Virus record (IMG/VR): IMGVR_UViG_3300012275_000008
Strand: one strand, 5' to 3'
DNA: 10,910 bases
From: a virus
Taxonomy: Duplodnaviria; Heunggongvirae; Uroviricota; Caudoviricetes
Positions within the stretch are counted from its first letter, which is position 1; every line of letters starts with the position of its first letter. Below, in pieces: positions 7,248 through 10,910 of the stretch. Below the pieces are notes generated by a model. The model made no database searches. It saw only the letters and a program-made list of their open reading frames with translations, and had not been told where the DNA came from. A program made the position numbers and the translations under genes.

Positions 7248-8323
7248 ACGACAATGTCACACTACGGGTAAATGGCCGGGAGTGGAATGGCTGGACATCG
7301 GTGCGCATCGGTGCCGGTATTGAACGGCTGGCGCGGGATTTCAGTGTGGAGATCACTCGCCAGTGGCCGGGAGATGAGGGTATCACCACGCTTCAGCCGC
7401 GCATTAAAAACGGTTCAAAAGTGGAAGTGCTGATTGGTGATGAGCTGGTGATCACCGGCTGGGTGGAGGCGACGCCCGTTCGTTACGATGCCCGTTCGGT
7501 CAGCACCGGTATTGCCGGACGTAGTCTGACGGCTGACCTGATTGACTGTGCAGCCGAACCGACACAGTTTAACGGACGCTCGCTGGTACAGATTGCGCAG
7601 GCGCTTGCTGCGCCTTTCGGCATTGAGGTGGTGAACAACGGTGCGCCGTCGGGTGTTATTACTGATGTCCAGCCTGATCATGGTGAAACGGTGATTGAGG
7701 TAATCAACAAAATACTCGGTCAGCAGCAGGCACTGGCTTATGACGACCCGCACGGCAGGCTGGTGATTGGCGGGATTGGCTCAACGCGGGCACATACTGC
7801 GCTGGTACTCGGGGAAAACATCCTTTCCTGCGATACGGAGAAGAGTATCCGGGAGCGGTTTTCTGTTTACCAGGTGGCGGGGCAGCGTGCCGGAAACGAC
7901 GATGATTTCGGTGAGGCCACCACCACCGCGCTGCGGGCCCGCACAGAGGACGCATTTATTGCCCGTTACCGTCCGATGTATATCAGGCAGACAGGGCAGG
8001 CTACGGGGGCAGGCTGTATTGCACGTGCTGACTTTGAAGCCCGACAACGGGCGGCGCGGACGGATGAAACCACCTATGTGGTGCAGGGCTGGCGACAGGG
8101 TAACGGTACGCTGTGGCAGCCCAACCAGCGGGTGATTGTCTTCGATCCGGTCTGTGGTTTCGACAATACTGAACTGCTTGTTTCGGAAGTCACGTTTACT
8201 CAGGACCAGAACGGCACCCTGACGGAAATCCGTGTCGGCCCACCTGATGCTTATCTGCCTGAACCCGAAGCCCCCGGCGCGCGGAAAAAGAAAAAAGCCA
8301 GAGTACAGGAGGACCCGTTCTGA
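7244..8323 (+). CDS. Baseplate hub protein (Mu gp44-like / P2 gpD-like)
   Basis: 359 aa ORF, MNDNVTLRVNGREWNGWTSVRIGAGIERLARDFSVEITRQW... resembles Mu-type baseplate hub proteins. Position after the DNA-circularization gene matches Mu order. Ends in a Lys-rich tail (ARKKKKARVQEDPF). Confidence 0.8.
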   Translation: MNDNVTLRVNGREWNGWTSVRIGAGIERLARDFSVEITRQWPGDEGITTLQPRIKNGSKVEVLIGDELVITGWVEATPVRYDARSVSTGIAGRSLTADLIDCAAEPTQFNGRSLVQIAQALAAPFGIEVVNNGAPSGVITDVQPDHGETVIEVINKILGQQQALAYDDPHGRLVIGGIGSTRAHTALVLGENILSCDTEKSIRERFSVYQVAGQRAGNDDDFGEATTTALRARTEDAFIARYRPMYIRQTGQATGAGCIARADFEARQRAARTDETTYVVQGWRQGNGTLWQPNQRVIVFDPVCGFDNTELLVSEVTFTQDQNGTLTEIRVGPPDAYLPEPEAPGARKKKKARVQEDPF

Positions 8324-8871
8324 TGAGGACGATTGAAGCCATGCAGCGACAACTCCTCGGCCTGATTGGGCGGGCCGTGGTGAAAAGCATCAGTGCCGCC
8401 ACGAAATGTCAGACCGTGGATGTGTCCCTGATTGCCGGTGAACCCAAAGCCGGGGTTGAACATCTTGAACCCTACGGTTTTACCGCAAGGGCAAACAGCG
8501 GTGCGGAAGCGGTGGTGTTGTTTCCGGATGGCGACCGTTCTCATGCGGTGGTTGTTACGGTGTCGGACCGGCGCTACCGCCTGAAAGGGCTGCAGACGGG
8601 TGAGGTGGCTGTCTATGACGATCAGGGGCAGTCTGTGACGCTGACCCGGGAGGGGATCGTGGTGGACGGTGCAGGGAAAACGATCACGTTTCGCAATGCA
8701 CCTGAAGCACGTTTTGAAATGGATCTGGAAGTGACCGGACAGGTGAAAGACCTGTGCGACTCCGGCGGCACCACCATGTCAGCGATGCGGCTTGCCTATA
8801 ACGGGCATCGTCACAGGGAGAACGGTCAGGGCAGTAACACCGACAAACCTGATAAAGCGATGGAGGCATGA
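8323..8871 (+). CDS. Baseplate central spike / assembly protein V (Mu gp45-like)
   Basis: 182 aa ORF with LEPYGFTARANSGAEAVVLFPDGDRSHAVVVTVSDRRYR, a gpV-type pattern. C-terminal HRH motif. AGGAGG at 8307-8312 upstream. Start overlaps the hub stop (TGATG). Confidence 0.8.
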   Translation: MRTIEAMQRQLLGLIGRAVVKSISAATKCQTVDVSLIAGEPKAGVEHLEPYGFTARANSGAEAVVLFPDGDRSHAVVVTVSDRRYRLKGLQTGEVAVYDDQGQSVTLTREGIVVDGAGKTITFRNAPEARFEMDLEVTGQVKDLCDSGGTTMSAMRLAYNGHRHRENGQGSNTDKPDKAMEA

Positions 8872-9288
8872 TGGAACTGTGGCTGACGGTGAACGGTAAA
8901 CGCACCTGCGCCAGCGCACCGCTGGATCCGCTGACCCGCGCCGTGGTGATTTCCCTGTTCACCTGGCGGCGGGCGGAGCCTGATGACAATGCCGACGTCC
9001 CGATGGGATGGTGGGGGGATACCTGGCCTGCGGTACAGAATGACCGTTACGGCTCCCGACTGTGGCTGCTTCAGCGCAGCAAACTGACCAATCAGCTGGT
9101 GCAGACGGTAAGGGGATATATCCGCGAATGCCTGCAATGGATGATTGATGACGGCGTGGTGTCCCGTATTGATCTGGATATCCACCGCACCGGGATTAAT
9201 GAGCTGGGTAACAGTATCACCCTCTGGCGTCGTGATGGACCAGTAGTGATTTCTTTTGATGATCTGTGGAGTGCGATAACGCATGGCG
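8868..9288 (+). CDS. Baseplate protein, phage GP46 family (Mu gp46-like); 3' end hidden in N run
   Basis: MMELWLTVNGK...SLFTWRRAEPDDNADVPMGWWGDTWP...RLWLLQRSKLT... matches the GP46-family pattern. Family members are about 140 aa as I recall, which places the stop at or inside the N run starting 9289. Start could be ATG 8868 or 8871 (GGAGG at 8862-8866). Confidence 0.7.
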
Positions 9289-9368
9289 NNNNNNNNNNNN
9301 NNNNNNNNNNNNNNNNNNNNNNNNNNNNNNNNNNNNNNNNNNNNNNNNNNNNNNNNNNNNNNNNNNNN
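9289..9368. other. Run of 80 N (assembly gap or masked sequence)
   Basis: Directly visible. Probably hides the gp46-like stop and the gp47-like start. Confidence 1.
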
Positions 9369-10373
9369 CGTAACGATTTATTCGCCAGGCTGGACGTCAG
9401 CGACACGCTCCGGCGCATGGATGAAGACGTGCGGGCAAAGGTGTATGCGGCGGCGCTGCATACGGTCTACGGTTACATCGATTATCTGGCAATGAATATG
9501 CTGCCTGACCTGTGCGATGAGTCCTGGCTGGCGCGACATGCTGCGATGAAACGGTGTCCGCGCAAGGGAGCCACGGTTGCCAGCGGGTATATGCGCTGGG
9601 AAGGTGTCAGCGATGGCCTGAAGGTGACTGCCGGGAGTGTTATTCAGCGCGATGACCTGGTGCAGTACACGACAACTGACGATGCAATCAGCTCCGGTGG
9701 TGTCCTGCGCGTGCCGATCGCCTGCTCAAGTGCAGGTGCGGTCGGTAACGCTGACGACGGTACGGCATTAATCCTGGTCACGCCGGTGAATGGTCTGCCG
9801 TCTTCCGGTGTGGCTGACACCCTGACAGGCGGATTTGATACTGAAGAGCTGGAAACGTGGCGCGCCCGCGTCATTGAGCGGTATTACTGGACGCCGCAGG
9901 GCGGGGCTGACGGGGACTATGTCGTCTGGGCTAAAGAAGTGCCTGGCATTACCCGCGCATGGACATACCGACACTGGATGGGAACGGGGACTGTCGGTGT
10001 GATGATTGCCAGCAGTGACCTGATTAATCCCATTCCGGAAGAATCAACGGAAACGGCGGCAAGACAACATATCGGGCCACTGGCCCCGGTGGCAGGCTCT
10101 GATTTGTATGTGTTCAGGCCGGTGGCACATACGGTGGATTTTCATATCCGTGTGACGCCGGACACACCGGAAATACGGGCTGCCATCACCGCGGAGTTGC
10201 GTTCGTTCCTGCTGCGTGATGGTTATCCGCAGGGAGAACTGAAGGTGTCACGTATCAGTGAAGCGATTTCCGGTGCGAACGGGGAATACAGCCATCAGTT
10301 GCTTGCACCGGCGGACAATATCACCATTGCGAAAAATGAGCTGGCGGTTCTGGGGGCGATTTCATGGACGTGA
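9369..10373 (+). CDS. Baseplate J-like wedge protein (Mu gp47-like / P2 gpJ-like); 5' end hidden in N run
   Basis: About 335 visible codons after the gap ending at TGA 10371-10373, with baseplate-J-like sequence throughout. The track fuses this with the gp46-like ORF across 80 N, but size and family argue for two genes with the junction masked. Confidence 0.75.
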   Translation, partial: RNDLFARLDVSDTLRRMDEDVRAKVYAAALHTVYGYIDYLAMNMLPDLCDESWLARHAAMKRCPRKGATVASGYMRWEGVSDGLKVTAGSVIQRDDLVQYTTTDDAISSGGVLRVPIACSSAGAVGNADDGTALILVTPVNGLPSSGVADTLTGGFDTEELETWRARVIERYYWTPQGGADGDYVVWAKEVPGITRAWTYRHWMGTGTVGVMIASSDLINPIPEESTETAARQHIGPLAPVAGSDLYVFRPVAHTVDFHIRVTPDTPEIRAAITAELRSFLLRDGYPQGELKVSRISEAISGANGEYSHQLLAPADNITIAKNELAVLGAISWT

Positions 10374-10910
10374 CAAACGATGATTTCATCCGTCTGTTGT
10401 CAGCACTGTTGCCGCCCGGTCCGGCGTGGTCAGCCAGCGATCCGGCGATTGCCGGTGCGGCACCGTCATTAACCCGCGTTCATCAGCGTGCGGATGCCCT
10501 GATGCGGGAGCTGGATCCGCGCACCACCACCGAACTGATAAATCGCTGGGAGCGTCTGTGCGGCCTGCCGGATGAATGTATTCCTACAGGGACACAGACC
10601 CTTCGCCAGCGTCAGCAACGGCTGGATGCGAAGGTTAACCTGGCGGGCGGCATCAACGAGGATTTTTATCTTGCCCAGCTTGCTGCCCTGGGCAGACCAG
10701 CTGCCACCATCACGCGATACGACAAAAGCACCTTCACCTGCTCATTGGCCTGTACTGACGCGGTGAATGCGCCGGAATGGCGGTATTACTGGCAGGTCAA
10801 CATGCCAGCTGCCACCAACACCACCTGGATGACATGTGGCGATCCCTGTGATTCCGCGCTGCGTATCTGGGGCGACACCGTTGTCGAGTGTGTGCTTAAC
10901 AAACTCTGCC
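10364..10910 (+). CDS. Phage tail protein, Mu gp48-like / YmfQ-like (DUF2313), 3' partial
   Basis: ATG at 10364 opens a frame that runs to the window end: [69 protein letters not shown]... Overlaps the gp47-like stop by 10 nt. Absent from the track because there is no stop in the window. Confidence 0.7.
   Translation, partial: MDVTNDDFIRLLSALLPPGPAWSASDPAIAGAAPSLTRVHQRADALMRELDPRTTTELINRWERLCGLPDECIPTGTQTLRQRQQRLDAKVNLAGGINEDFYLAQLAALGRPAATITRYDKSTFTCSLACTDAVNAPEWRYYWQVNMPAATNTTWMTCGDPCDSALRIWGDTVVECVLNKLC

Noticed and set aside
8868-10373. Single 501 aa ORF in the track
   Set aside because: The N-terminal 140 aa look like a complete GP46-family protein and the remainder like a baseplate J-like protein. 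The fusion arises only because 80 N are translated as X. Treated as two genes with a masked junction.
1-10910. Tailocin (R-type pyocin-like) or headless contractile injection system
   Set aside because: Connector and head-closure genes at the 5' end imply a capsid-containing phage, and the DNA-circularization-N-like gene is a phage DNA-delivery function. Cannot be fully excluded without the flanks, but there is no positive evidence for it.
1-10910. tRNA, rRNA, CRISPR array, IS element or integrase
   Set aside because: No regularly spaced direct repeats with spacers, no terminal inverted repeats flanking a transposase-like ORF, and no tRNA-like or rRNA-like segment noticed. The window is almost fully occupied by co-directional structural genes.

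Overview
The window is a co-directional (+ strand), tightly packed block of phage late morphogenesis genes: the 3' end of a head module followed by an essentially complete Mu-type contractile-tail module. Calls rest on reading the translated ORFs against remembered family signatures and on start/stop geometry; no database search was run. Gene order is: gp6-like head-tail connector (3' end), head closure/adaptor, two neck or tail-completion proteins, a small DUF2635-like protein, tail sheath, tail tube, tail assembly chaperone with a putative -1 frameshift extension, tape measure, DNA-circularization-N-like protein, baseplate hub, central spike, gp46-like, gp47/J-like wedge, and the 5' part of a gp48/YmfQ-like protein. 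Most junctions overlap by a few bases (ATGA, TAATG), consistent with translational coupling. Four runs of N (677-730, 1235-1244, 3735-3764, 9289-9368) interrupt four genes and hide at least one gene boundary. The points most worth a second look are the frameshift site at 3863-3869, a terminator-like hairpin in the only real intergenic spacer (5859-5918), a small ORF missing from the supplied track (1586-1756), periodic aromatic repeats in the tape measure, and an HxH motif at the spike C-terminus. I see nothing that requires a novel system; this looks like an SfV/e14-style mosaic phage or prophage of an enterobacterial-type host (impression from codon usage and GC only). No tRNA, rRNA, CRISPR, IS element or integrase is visible.
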